Shown one piece after another: positions 32,196-41,961 of a stretch of DNA of 64,000 nt. This stretch comes from a virus. Location: the IMG/VR virus record IMGVR_UViG_3300043411_000715, positions 5,492-69,491 of that record; one strand, given 5' to 3'. The position numbers were made by a program, and so were the translations under genes. Below the pieces are notes generated by a model. It was not told the DNA's origin. It saw only the letters and a program-made list of their open reading frames with translations, and did no database searches. Numbering within the stretch: position 1 is the first letter of the stretch; every line of letters starts with the position of its first letter.

Positions 32196-33182
32196 GTGGA
32201 ATTTTTGACCGACGAGATGATCGATTTCCGCCTGTACGAGGAGGAAACGGACACCCAGCAGCGGGTCAAGCCGGCCGCGGTGTGGGTGGCCGAGCTGATC
32301 GAGAACCTGCGCAACCCGCCCCAGCGTGCGCGGCATCAGGTGCTGCCGTGGGCCAAGACGCACGGGTTGATCCAGTTTCGCCCCGGCGAGGTGACGCTGT
32401 GGGGCGGGGCGAACGGTGCGGGCAAGAGCCTGATCACGGGGATGGTGGCGCTGAACCTGATTGCGCAGGACCAGCCGGTGTGCATGGCCAGCTTCGAGAT
32501 GAAGCCGCGCAAGACCATCGAGCGCATGGCCCGGCAGTGGAGCGGGTTCGACCAGAAAAACCCGAGGTTTGCCGGCGGTGATGCGGCCACGCGCCAGATG
32601 ATCGACGTGTACGAGCAGTTCCGCGACTGGTCGAGCACGCTGTTTTTGTACGACCAGCAGGGCACCGTGACGGCGAAAAAAGTGGCTTCGGTGGTGCGCT
32701 ACTGCGCCACGGAAAAAGGGGTGAAGCACTTCTTCATCGATTCGCTGATGAAGTGCGTGGCTGGCGAGGACGACTACAACGGCCAGAAGGCGTTTGTCGA
32801 CGAGCTGACGGCCATCGCCCGCGACCACGAGATGCACATCCACCTGGTGCACCACATCCGCAAGCCGGCCGATGAAAGCCACAAGCCCAGCAAGTACGAC
32901 TACAAGGGCACGGGCGCGATCACGGATCAGGTGGACAACGTGATCAGCGTCTGGCGCAACAAGGCCAAGGAACGCAAGTTGGCCGAGAACAAGCACGTCG
33001 AAGTCAACGAGCCGGACACCCTGCTGATCTGCGACAAGCAGCGCAACGGCGAGTGGGAGGGATCGATCGGCTTGTGGTTCGACAAGGCCAGCCAGCAGTA
33101 CCTGGGCAACGAAGGGGACGAGCCGCTGGTGCTGTATCGCTCCGCGCGCAGCACCGCACCGTCCTACGACCCGGATTTTTGA
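32196..33182 (+). CDS. SF4 (DnaB/T7 gp4-like) replicative helicase
   Basis: Walker A GANGAGKS, 'FFIDSL', 'HLVHHIRK', 'KQRNG'. Confidence 0.9.
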   Translation: MEFLTDEMIDFRLYEEETDTQQRVKPAAVWVAELIENLRNPPQRARHQVLPWAKTHGLIQFRPGEVTLWGGANGAGKSLITGMVALNLIAQDQPVCMASFEMKPRKTIERMARQWSGFDQKNPRFAGGDAATRQMIDVYEQFRDWSSTLFLYDQQGTVTAKKVASVVRYCATEKGVKHFFIDSLMKCVAGEDDYNGQKAFVDELTAIARDHEMHIHLVHHIRKPADESHKPSKYDYKGTGAITDQVDNVISVWRNKAKERKLAENKHVEVNEPDTLLICDKQRNGEWEGSIGLWFDKASQQYLGNEGDEPLVLYRSARSTAPSYDPDF

Positions 33183-33222
33183 CCCGATCCCAAACCACCC
33201 ATCCCCCACCACCCAAGGAGCC

Positions 33223-33912
33223 ATGAGCATGAACCCGAAACCCGAATTTGCTTTCCGCACCACGACCGACGTGATGCTCACGTCCGTGAACTTCCGCAAG
33301 GAGCTGCACGGCGACGAGCACGTGCAGGCCGTTGATTTGACGATGGGCGTGGACGTGCCCAACACGCTGCTGGACACGATCCAGCCGGGCCTGCGTGAGG
33401 CGCTGTACTGGAACCAGGATGCCGAGGCCGGCCAGGCCGCCATCGATGGCGTTGACGCCACGCTGCCGAACCTGCGCTTTCCGCGCCTGAACGGCGGCAA
33501 GTTCGCCCTGGACGACAAGAAGAACAAGCTGGCGGGCTACGAGCTTGAGGTCGAGTACGGCCTGAACGACGTTCGCAGCCGGATGCAGTTCGACTGCTGC
33601 AAGGTGGCCAAGCGCACGATCGAGACCAAGGAGGGCGGCACGGTGCACCTGAGCTGGCAGGTGCAGTACAGCGGCGACCGGCTGGATCAGGAGACCTGCG
33701 GCAAGCTGGCGCTGCTGGAGCAGGACTTGATCGCGATCGTTCTGATTCCGCCGGTGGTGGCGGTGGAAGACGAGCCCGAGGCGAAGCCGGAGAACCCGCT
33801 GTACATGGGTGAGGACGAGGAAGCCGAGGCGACGGCGGAAGACCTGTTCATCGCCGGCGAGCCGAGCGACGAGGACGCGCAGGCGGCGGCGCTGGAAGCG
33901 GACGCGCGGTGA
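33223..33912 (+). CDS. Conserved phage hypothetical protein with acidic tail
   Basis: AAGGAG RBS; 229 aa. Confidence 0.75.
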   Translation: MSMNPKPEFAFRTTTDVMLTSVNFRKELHGDEHVQAVDLTMGVDVPNTLLDTIQPGLREALYWNQDAEAGQAAIDGVDATLPNLRFPRLNGGKFALDDKKNKLAGYELEVEYGLNDVRSRMQFDCCKVAKRTIETKEGGTVHLSWQVQYSGDRLDQETCGKLALLEQDLIAIVLIPPVVAVEDEPEAKPENPLYMGEDEEAEATAEDLFIAGEPSDEDAQAAALEADAR

Positions 33913-33916
33913 GTCG

Positions 33917-34372
33917 ATGATCGTTCTGATCCTTCCGTACCCGATTTCGGCCAACCGCTACTGGCGCCCGGTCAACTTGGGCAAGCACATCAGCATCGTG
34001 CCGACCAAGGAGGCCAGGCAGTACCGGGAGCAGGTGGGCTGGATCGCGCGCGGCGCGGGCGCGAAAGCGCCGCTGCAGGGCCGGCTGGCGGTCGATCTGA
34101 AGCTGTACCCGAACCGGCCGCAGGACTGGCGAACCCGCCAGCGCAAGTTCGGGGCGGCGTGGGACGACAGCGTGCAGTGCATCGACCTGACCAACGCCGA
34201 GAAGGTGCTGATGGACGCCCTGAACGGCGTGGCCTTCAACGATGACAAGCAGGTGCGCCGCTACACCGCCGAGCGGATGGAGCCGGACGAGCGCGGTGCG
34301 CGCGTGGTGCTGACGATTCAGGCGATTGCCGAGCCGGCGGCGCAGCGGGAGCTGGAGGTTGAGGCGCAATGA
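33917..34372 (+). CDS. rusA: RusA-family Holliday junction resolvase
   Basis: 'LPYPISANRYWR', 'DLTNAEKVLMDAL...DDKQV'. Confidence 0.88.
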   Translation: MIVLILPYPISANRYWRPVNLGKHISIVPTKEARQYREQVGWIARGAGAKAPLQGRLAVDLKLYPNRPQDWRTRQRKFGAAWDDSVQCIDLTNAEKVLMDALNGVAFNDDKQVRRYTAERMEPDERGARVVLTIQAIAEPAAQRELEVEAQ

Positions 34373-34593
34373 CCACCCAAGCCTTTGCCGCCCGCATGGG
34401 GCCGACCATCAAGGCGCTCGCCGCCGTGAAGACCAAGCACTGTGCGCCGCCCACCTACCGCCCGGCCGGGCCGGTGTCCGGCCACATGGCTTGCCCGCGT
34501 TGTGGCAGCCGCCTGAGCTACACCGTGGACGCGGATGGGCTGTCCAGCGGGCGCTGCGTGGCGGCGGGTTGTGTCCGGTGGAGCCTGACGTGA
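34369..34593 (+). CDS. Small Zn-ribbon protein
   Basis: CPRC...C..GC..W. Confidence 0.65.
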   Translation: MTTQAFAARMGPTIKALAAVKTKHCAPPTYRPAGPVSGHMACPRCGSRLSYTVDADGLSSGRCVAAGCVRWSLT

Positions 34594-34742
34594 CCTTGAT
34601 TCTTGTCCCGCCCGGGCGCGGCAACTGGAGCCAGACCATGGTGCAGATCACCGGCCGCCGCGCGGCGCCGCTGTTCTTCAAGGTGGGCGCCATGTTCGAG
34701 CTGGGCGGGCGGATGTTCCGCATCGCAAAGGTGCTGCCATGA
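34590..34742 (+). CDS. Small hypothetical protein
   Basis: GTGA/ATGA coupling to both neighbours. Confidence 0.5.
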   Translation: MTLILVPPGRGNWSQTMVQITGRRAAPLFFKVGAMFELGGRMFRIAKVLP

Positions 34743-35209
34743 GCAAGGTCACCCTGATCAAGGACGAGACGGGCAAGCTGCGTGGCGTCGACCCGGCGCA
34801 TCAGCGGGCTTGGGCCAAGTTCAAAAAGCAGATGACCGATCTGCCGGTTGGCCAGACGCTTGGCTTTTCCTACCGGATGCCGCGCGCGCCGGCGCACCAC
34901 CGCAAGTTTTTCGCGCAGATGAATGCGCTGCTGGATCGAACCGAGGCGTTCGGCGACCTGGACAAGCTGAGGTACTGGGTCACGATGGGCGCTGGCTATT
35001 TCGACCTGGTGCCGGGCTTTGACGGCAAGCCCAACGCGATCCCGAAAAGCATCGACTTTGAAAGCCTGGACGAGGCCGAGTTCTCGGAGCTGCACCGGGC
35101 GGCGGATGAATTCCTGATGACCGAGCGCGCGGTGCGTATCTTGTGGCCGCACCTGCACGCGGCCAATGGCCTGGGTATGGCAGAGGCGCTGATTCGGGAG
35201 TTCATGTGA
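34739..35209 (+). CDS. DUF1367-like (nin-region) protein
   Basis: 'PR...HHRKFFA', 'GAGYFD', 'PKSIDF..LDE.EF'. Confidence 0.75.
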   Translation: MSKVTLIKDETGKLRGVDPAHQRAWAKFKKQMTDLPVGQTLGFSYRMPRAPAHHRKFFAQMNALLDRTEAFGDLDKLRYWVTMGAGYFDLVPGFDGKPNAIPKSIDFESLDEAEFSELHRAADEFLMTERAVRILWPHLHAANGLGMAEALIREFM

Positions 35210-35490
35210 GCACCAAGGCCGAACACCAGCACATGGGACGGGTGGCCGCGCTGGGCTGCTACCTGTGCCGGGAGCTGGGCCACGGCCCCACGCCGGCGCA
35301 GGTGCACCACGTGCGCGAAGGGCTTGGCATGGGGCAACGCGCCAGCAACTGGCTGACGGTGCCGCTGTGCGACCGCCATCACGCAAATTCGAGCCCGGAC
35401 GGCTGGCACGGCCAGCGGCTGGCATGGAAGCAGGCCGGGCGCGACGAGATGGACGCCTTGGCCGACACGATCATGAGGTTGATGAAGTGA
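35206..35490 (+). CDS. Ref/DUF968-like HNH recombination nuclease
   Basis: 'VAALGCYLC...AQVHH...GMGQRAS...PLC..HH'. Confidence 0.8.
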   Translation: MSTKAEHQHMGRVAALGCYLCRELGHGPTPAQVHHVREGLGMGQRASNWLTVPLCDRHHANSSPDGWHGQRLAWKQAGRDEMDALADTIMRLMK

Positions 35491-35810
35491 AGAACGATCC
35501 GAATTACTACGGCTTTCCGGGCGGGCGCCCGAAGTGGCCGTTTGCCCGCGTAGCGAAGCCAAAGCCCGAGCCGGTCACGGCACCAACGGTGCGACATGGC
35601 ATGGCCATCTTGCGCTTGGTGTCGGGCGGGGCGGACACGCTGCGCACGATTGCGCCAGGGCTGGGCATGCAGCGGGCCGATTCGGCGATGGGGCTCATTG
35701 CTGCCCTTGATCGTGACGGGTACATCACCCGAACGCGCAACGATGGCCGCAATGAGCGGGTGATGAGCCTGACGCAGAAGGGCCGCAAGGCGCTGGAGGC
35801 AAATCCATGA
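35487..35810 (+). CDS. Winged-helix (MarR-like) protein
   Basis: 'L.RDGYITR...DGR...SLTQKGR'. Confidence 0.65.
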   Translation: MKNDPNYYGFPGGRPKWPFARVAKPKPEPVTAPTVRHGMAILRLVSGGADTLRTIAPGLGMQRADSAMGLIAALDRDGYITRTRNDGRNERVMSLTQKGRKALEANP

Positions 35811-36256
35811 AGCCCAGGCGCCGCAAATTCAGCGGCTGCTCCCCGGTGGAGCGGGCCATCATCGCCCAGCAGTGGGAGGACACGGCGGTGCGGGCGCGCA
35901 TCCACGCCTTGATCGGCCAGGACTCGGATCAGTTCGTGAGTGCGGCCGGGAGAGTGTTGTTCGTGGTACTTGGCGCGCTGCTGATCGAGCAGATCGACCC
36001 CGACATGGTGGAGGTGCGCATCGTGCGTGGGGCCTGCAACGCGCTGATCGAGCAGGCGGGCGAGCCGCGCATCGACCCGCAGCGGCGGGCGTCGATCCGC
36101 GCCGGGCTGGAGGCGGCTGGGCAACTGCTGGCGGTGCTGCCGCGCAAGGCGCGCGTGGATGCGGCGGTGGACCTGCGGGACAAGCTGGATCGCGGCGATG
36201 TGTGGGCGAGCGACTACCAGGCGCTGCTGGGCCGGGTTGAAGGGAGCGCCGCATGA
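35807..36256 (+). CDS. Hypothetical protein
   Basis: Coupled ORF. Confidence 0.65.
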   Translation: MKPRRRKFSGCSPVERAIIAQQWEDTAVRARIHALIGQDSDQFVSAAGRVLFVVLGALLIEQIDPDMVEVRIVRGACNALIEQAGEPRIDPQRRASIRAGLEAAGQLLAVLPRKARVDAAVDLRDKLDRGDVWASDYQALLGRVEGSAA

Positions 36257-36507
36257 GCTGTGAGCACTGCGCGAGCGCCCAAAAGGATGCCGACTGGGCC
36301 GGATACCAGGCCCGGTGCCGGGGCTGCCAGGTGCGTGCCCTGGCCAATGGGCCGGCGTTCTTCGAGTCGGCGCGGGCGCACAAGATCACACCGGCCTACC
36401 GCGGCGCGCTGGAAAAACTGTTTGGCGCGGACTGGCAGGCGTCGCATCGGGAGGTGCGGGCGGAGTTTGAGCGTTTGCAGGCGATGAAGAATGGGGGCGC
36501 AGCGTGA
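36253..36507 (+). CDS. Cys-containing hypothetical protein
   Basis: CxxC twice; coupled. Confidence 0.65.
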   Translation: MSCEHCASAQKDADWAGYQARCRGCQVRALANGPAFFESARAHKITPAYRGALEKLFGADWQASHREVRAEFERLQAMKNGGAA

Positions 36508-36953
36508 AGCAGTCCGAAACCGAAACCCGCAATCTTGGAATCCGGGTGCCGACGGTGCGGGGCGATCGCTCGCGCGGGGCATCTGGCCTGGCGCGGGCCG
36601 GGAAGAGCAGGCGATCGAAGCACGCGAACATCCCTGTGATCGACCCGGTGTACGGCCGCTTCGATTCGAAGTGGGAGCATGCCTGCTGGATGAAGCTGGT
36701 GGCGCGCCAAAAGGCCGGTGAGATTTCCGAGTTGGAGCGCCAGGTTCCTTTCGAGCTGGTTCCGGCGCAGGTGGCGCCGATCAGCGGCAAGAAGGTGCGG
36801 CCGTCGCACTACATTGCCGACTTCGTGTTTGCCGAGAATGGCCGGCTTCGGGTACTGGACGCCAAGGGGCAGCGCACCGATCACTACAAGGACAAGTGGA
36901 AGCAGATGCTGCACGTGCACGGGATCGAGGTTGAGGAGTTGTCGAAGAAATGA
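36504..36953 (+). CDS. DUF1064-like PD-(D/E)xK nuclease
   Basis: 'FDSKWE...LERQVPFEL...YIADFV...DAKG'. Confidence 0.8.
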   Translation: MKQSETETRNLGIRVPTVRGDRSRGASGLARAGKSRRSKHANIPVIDPVYGRFDSKWEHACWMKLVARQKAGEISELERQVPFELVPAQVAPISGKKVRPSHYIADFVFAENGRLRVLDAKGQRTDHYKDKWKQMLHVHGIEVEELSKK

Positions 36954-37408
36954 CCGCAAAGCTGACGCCAAAGCAGCGCGCCTTTGTCTCCGAGTACGTC
37001 GTGGACAAGAACGGCGCGCAGGCCGCGATCCGGGCGGGTTACAGCGCGGCCGCAGCAAAGGAACAGGCGGCGCGCCTGTTAACGAAAGCTAACATTCAAG
37101 CGGCCGTCTCAGAATTGCTTGAAAAAGCCGCCCAACGGACGGAATGGACGTTCGATCACTGGATTCAAAGGCTGGGCGAGGAGGCCAATGATTTCTCTGA
37201 AATGGCCAGCCACTCGGCGCGGATTGGTGCGCTCAAGGAGATTGGCAAGGCGCTCGGGCACTATGCCGAGGACAACAGCCAAAAGGGAAGGGCGCAGGCC
37301 GAGGCGTTCAAGTCCATGCTGGGCTCGATGTTCGCGGCTGGCGCGCAAGCGATCGTGAAGCCGGCCGCCGATGCCGCGACCTACAACAAGGACGGCGATG
37401 ACGACTGA
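36950..37408 (+). CDS. terS: Terminase small subunit
   Basis: 'LTPKQRAFVSEYVVDKNGAQAAIRAGYS'. Confidence 0.92.
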   Translation: MTAKLTPKQRAFVSEYVVDKNGAQAAIRAGYSAAAAKEQAARLLTKANIQAAVSELLEKAAQRTEWTFDHWIQRLGEEANDFSEMASHSARIGALKEIGKALGHYAEDNSQKGRAQAEAFKSMLGSMFAAGAQAIVKPAADAATYNKDGDDD

Positions 37409-38999
37409 CGCCGCTTGGGCCGAGGAAATGGTCGCCAAGTTCGGCGATGCCAGCATCCGCCTGGCGTCGCTCTACAAGATCGTGACCAAGGGGGAGTCGC
37501 CCGAGGATGGCCTGGTGGTCACGTTCCGGCCGAACTTGGCCCAGCGCCGGTTTCTGCGGCGCTTGTGGTCGCGCAACATCATCTTGAAAGCCCGCCAGCT
37601 TGGCTTCTCGACGTTGGCCTGCATCCTGTGGCTGGATACGGCCCTGTTTTCTGCCGACCCGATTGCCTGCGGCATCGTGGCGCAGGACAAGGACGCGGCC
37701 GAGAAGCTGTTTCGCAAGGTGACGTTTGCCTACGACAACCTGCCGGCCGAGCTGCGCCAGCACGCGGCGCTGGCCAAGCGCACCGAGTCGGAGGTCGTGT
37801 TCGCGCACAACGGCGCCAGCATCCGCGTGGCCACGTCGATGCGTTCGGGCACGATCCACCGGCTGCATGTGTCGGAGTTCGGCAAGATCGGGGCCAAGTA
37901 CCCGATGAAGGCCAAGGAGGTCATCACCGGCTCCATTCCGGCCGTTCCGATGGAGTCGGGCATCGTCATCATCGAGTCCACCGCCGAGGGCGCGAGCGGG
38001 CGTTTCTACGACATGAGCATGGCGGCCAAGAAGCTGATGGACACGCCGGGCCATGTGCTGAACCCGCGCGAGTACCGCATGCACTTCTACCCGTGGTGGC
38101 AGGAGCCCGGCTACACGCTGCCCGCCGACGCGGTGCGACTGGATGAGACGGACGCGGCCTACTTCGCCAAGATCGAGGGCGAGCTGGGGCGCCGGCTCGC
38201 ACCGGAGCAGAAGGCCTGGTACGTGGCGACGCTGCGCGCCGACTTCGCGGGCGAGCGGCCTTTGATGTGGCAGGAATTCCCCAGCACGATCAATGAGCCG
38301 TTTCAGGTGTCCACCGATGGCGTGTACTTCGCCAAGCAGCTGACCATGGCCAGGCAGCAGGGGCGTATTGGCGCGCTGCCGATCGAGACGGGCGTGCCGG
38401 TCAACTCGTTTTGGGACTTGGGGATCAACGACAACATGGCGATCTGGCTGCACCAGCGGGTGGGCCTGCAAAACCGGTTCATCGGCTTCAAGAAGGAGAG
38501 CGGCGAGCCGCTGTCGCACTTCTCGCGCTGGCTGATCGAGTGGGCCAACACGCACGGGGCCACGTTCGGCGCTCACTTTCTGCCGCATGACGCCGGAGTC
38601 AAGCGCATGGGCCTGCACCCGGATTTGAACCAGTCGGTCGAGGATATGCTGCGCGAGCTGATGCCGGGGCACCGATTCGAGATCGTCCCGCGTGTCACGT
38701 CGGTGCTGGCCGGGATTCAGGCGACGCGTGAGGCGTTCGCGTCGGCCTGGATCGACGAAGACCGCTGCGCCGAGGGACTGGCCGACCTGAGCATCTACCG
38801 CAAGCAGTGGGACGACAAGCGCGGCACTTGGAAGGACGCGCCGTTCCATGGCCCGGAGTCCGACAGCGCGGACGCCTTTCGCCAGTGGGGGCAGGTGGTG
38901 GCCGCGGGCGGACAGTTCGCCGCGTCGGTGGCAAAGCCGGTGAGCAGCGGCGGCAGTCGCTGGCGCGCCAAGCGTCGCGGCTCCGGGATGGCTGTGTAG
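37398..38999 (+). CDS. terL: Terminase large subunit
   Basis: 'ILKARQLGFST', 'LHVSEFG', 'IESTAEG', 'WDLG', 'LPHDA', 'ADAFR'. Confidence 0.93.
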   Translation: MTTDAAWAEEMVAKFGDASIRLASLYKIVTKGESPEDGLVVTFRPNLAQRRFLRRLWSRNIILKARQLGFSTLACILWLDTALFSADPIACGIVAQDKDAAEKLFRKVTFAYDNLPAELRQHAALAKRTESEVVFAHNGASIRVATSMRSGTIHRLHVSEFGKIGAKYPMKAKEVITGSIPAVPMESGIVIIESTAEGASGRFYDMSMAAKKLMDTPGHVLNPREYRMHFYPWWQEPGYTLPADAVRLDETDAAYFAKIEGELGRRLAPEQKAWYVATLRADFAGERPLMWQEFPSTINEPFQVSTDGVYFAKQLTMARQQGRIGALPIETGVPVNSFWDLGINDNMAIWLHQRVGLQNRFIGFKKESGEPLSHFSRWLIEWANTHGATFGAHFLPHDAGVKRMGLHPDLNQSVEDMLRELMPGHRFEIVPRVTSVLAGIQATREAFASAWIDEDRCAEGLADLSIYRKQWDDKRGTWKDAPFHGPESDSADAFRQWGQVVAAGGQFAASVAKPVSSGGSRWRAKRRGSGMAV

Positions 39000-39010
39000 G
39001 TTGCTCCCCG

Positions 39011-39030
39011 CGATTCCCGCATGGCCCACT
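39011..39030 (+). promoter_or_regulatory. Late-gene upstream motif (copy 2)
   Basis: Identical to 380-399. Confidence 0.6.
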
Positions 39031-39055
39031 CGCCCGGTCAACTTCCGGGCCTGCC

Positions 39056-39466
39056 ATGGGAATCACAATCAACACCGCCAAGGCGCACAAGTGGCGCGCC
39101 AATGGTGAAGTCACGCAACTGCTGACCTGGGTCAACGGCGAACGCGCCATGGTGCTGCTGGCGACGCACCGCAAGGGCTCGCCGTGGTACGTGCTCATGG
39201 ATTCGGCCGCGTGGGAATGCCTGCAGCCGCAGGGGCTGGCGGCCAAAGCCGTGAAGGCGGCTGAGGTGCTGGGCCTGGATGGCGGCGCCGCGCACATCGG
39301 CGGGATGATCGAATCCTGGCTGGATGACCTGGTGACGATGCCGAGCGCGCCCGAGGCCGAGCTGTCGAAGGCAACCTATGGCCAGCTGATCGCCAGGGCC
39401 GACGGCCAGATGATCGGTGGCGAGGAGCTGCGCGTGCCGGTGCGGGAGGGCGCAAGCTATGGCTGA
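39056..39466 (+). CDS. Hypothetical protein preceding portal
   Basis: 136-aa ORF overlapping the portal start. Confidence 0.7.
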   Translation: MGITINTAKAHKWRANGEVTQLLTWVNGERAMVLLATHRKGSPWYVLMDSAAWECLQPQGLAAKAVKAAEVLGLDGGAAHIGGMIESWLDDLVTMPSAPEAELSKATYGQLIARADGQMIGGEELRVPVREGASYG

Positions 39467-41882
39467 GAACACGCGCGACGGCTGGCCGGATGGCAAATTC
39501 GACGGCACAGGGAACTCCAACACCATGCCGGCAATGACGGACAAGGCGCACGCGCTGGACAGCGAAGAGATGCAGCGCCTGCATTCCAAGCTGCTGTCCT
39601 GGTACTACACCGAGCGCGACCTGCAGGCCGAGAACCGCTCAGAGATGGAAATCGACGCCGGTTTCTACGACGGCATGCAGTGGGACCCGGAGGATGCGGC
39701 CATCTTGCGCGAGCGTGGCCAGATGCCGCTGGTGTACAACGAAATTGCGCCGATGGTGGACTGGATGATCGGCACGGAGCGGCGCACGCGGCTGGACTGG
39801 AAAATCCTGCCGCGCACCGAGGATGACCTGCAAGCAGCCGATGTCAAGACGGCCGGGCTGAAGTACCTGAGCGATGCCAATGCCATGCCGTTTGTGCAGT
39901 CGCAAGCGTTCGCCGAGGCCATGAAGGCTGGCCTGGGCTGGATCGATACGGGCCTGCGCGACGACCCGACGCAGGAGCAAATCTACGTCGAGTATGAGGA
40001 CTGGCGCCGGGTGCTGCACGACAGCCGGGGATCGCAAAAGCTGACGCTGGATGATGCGCGCTATGTTTTTCGCTGGCGCCGCGTCGATCTGGATGTGGCC
40101 CTGGTGATGTTCCCGCACCGCGCCGCGCAGCTGGAGCGCGCGGCCGACGACATGCTGGCGCTGAACGACCTGGACGACGACGAGCCGCAGGGATGGGGTG
40201 GGCCGTGGGATGGCTACAACAACGCCCGCCAGCGCATCGCCGGGCGAACCAGCGTGAGCGGGGTCGATGCCAGCCACACGCGGCGCATGGTCAAGCTGAT
40301 TGAGTGCCAGTACCGCATGCCAGCCAAGACCAAGATCGTGGCCAGCGGGACCTTCCAAGGGGCCATCGTTGGGCCTGGTGATGCGATCCTGGCCGAAGCG
40401 GTTGCAGCTGACCCGACGCTGACCCTGATCGACAAGGTGATGATGCGCGTGCACACTGCGATCTTCACCGAGGGCGACATGATCGCCCATGGAATCAACG
40501 CCTACCGCCACAACCGATTCAGTCTGGTGCCGATCTGGTGCTATCGGCGCTCGAAGGACCGGATGCCTTATGGGATGGTGCGGCGCGTGCGCGACATCCA
40601 GCAGGACATGAACAAGCGCGCCAGCAAGGCGATGTTCCTGCTGAACTCGAACCAGGTGATCATGGACGAGCAGGCGGTCGATGACATCGACGTGCTGCGC
40701 GAGGAGGTGGCGGCGCCCGATGGCGTGATCATCAAGAAGGCCGGCAAGGAGCTGGTGATTCGGCGCGACAGCGAAGCGGCCAACGGACAGATCGAGATGA
40801 TGGGTCTGGCGGCCCAGTCGATCCAGAAGTCGGCCGGCGTGGCGCAGGAGAACCTGGGCCGGCAGACCAACGCCGTCTCGGGAGAGGCCATCAAGGCGCG
40901 CCAGAACCAGGGAAGCGTCGTCACGACCGAGCCGTTCGACAACCTGCGCCTGGCAAAGCAGGCCATCGGCCAGCGCGTGCTCTCGCTCATGGAGCAATTC
41001 ATGACGGAGGAAAAGACGCTGCGCATCACGGGCTCCAAGGACGCGATCGACTGGGTGAAGGTCAACGTGCTGGAGGTCGGCCCGGACGGCCAGGTGCGGG
41101 TGATGAACGACATCACGGCCAGCATCGCCGATTTCGTGGTGTCCGAGCAGGACTACGCCGGCACGCTGCGCCAGGTGATGTTCGACTCGATCAACGGCAT
41201 GGCGCAGAAGGTGACGCCCGACGTGGGCCTGCGGCTGCTGACGATCGCCATGGAGTTCAGCGACCTGCCCAACAAGGACGAAATCGCCAACGCGTTCCGG
41301 CGCATCACCGGCGAGGCCGATCCCAACAAGAGGCTCACGCCCGAGGAGCAGCAGCAGGCCGCGCAGCAGCAGCAGGCGCAGCAAGAGGCCATGGAGTTGC
41401 AGCGCCAGACCGCCATGGCCACCCTGGCTGAGGCGCAGGCCAAGGCGCGCCACATCAACGCCCAGGCCGCCGAGCTCGAGGCCCGCGTCGGCACCGCGCC
41501 ACCCACCGGCAACCCCGAGGCCGATCAGGCCATGCAGGGGCAGATGCAGGAATCCATGAAGGCCCGAGCGGCCGCGGCGGACACGATCGACACCCTGAAT
41601 GAGCGCATCGGCAAGCTGACCGCCGATCTGACGGCTGCACGCACGCAGGCCGACAGCAGCGTGCAGGTGGCGCGCATCAACGCCGACGCTCAGGAGCGGG
41701 TGGCCAAGATCAAGGCGGCCAGCGACGACATTCTGGACGCCCTGCAGGAGCGCATCGACAACGCCCTGCGCGCGGTGAACGAGACGATCAAGGCCGAGGC
41801 TGACAAGCGCGAGCGAGGGTTTGCCGCGCTCAACGAGAAGGTGACTGGCGCTGCCAAGAAGCCCACGGCGGACAAGCCCTGA
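39459..41882 (+). CDS. Portal protein (P22-like, long C-terminal coiled coil)
   Basis: 'FYDG.QW...L..RGQ.PLVYN.I', 'SGEAIKARQ.QG'; after terminase. Confidence 0.88.
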   Translation: MAENTRDGWPDGKFDGTGNSNTMPAMTDKAHALDSEEMQRLHSKLLSWYYTERDLQAENRSEMEIDAGFYDGMQWDPEDAAILRERGQMPLVYNEIAPMVDWMIGTERRTRLDWKILPRTEDDLQAADVKTAGLKYLSDANAMPFVQSQAFAEAMKAGLGWIDTGLRDDPTQEQIYVEYEDWRRVLHDSRGSQKLTLDDARYVFRWRRVDLDVALVMFPHRAAQLERAADDMLALNDLDDDEPQGWGGPWDGYNNARQRIAGRTSVSGVDASHTRRMVKLIECQYRMPAKTKIVASGTFQGAIVGPGDAILAEAVAADPTLTLIDKVMMRVHTAIFTEGDMIAHGINAYRHNRFSLVPIWCYRRSKDRMPYGMVRRVRDIQQDMNKRASKAMFLLNSNQVIMDEQAVDDIDVLREEVAAPDGVIIKKAGKELVIRRDSEAANGQIEMMGLAAQSIQKSAGVAQENLGRQTNAVSGEAIKARQNQGSVVTTEPFDNLRLAKQAIGQRVLSLMEQFMTEEKTLRITGSKDAIDWVKVNVLEVGPDGQVRVMNDITASIADFVVSEQDYAGTLRQVMFDSINGMAQKVTPDVGLRLLTIAMEFSDLPNKDEIANAFRRITGEADPNKRLTPEEQQQAAQQQQAQQEAMELQRQTAMATLAEAQAKARHINAQAAELEARVGTAPPTGNPEADQAMQGQMQESMKARAAAADTIDTLNERIGKLTADLTAARTQADSSVQVARINADAQERVAKIKAASDDILDALQERIDNALRAVNETIKAEADKRERGFAALNEKVTGAAKKPTADKP

Positions 41883-41961
41883 AACGACCCTGGCGCCGCG
41901 CGATTCCAGCATGGCACCTTCCGATTTCCCCCAACCCTGAACCGATACAGGAGTGATTGAA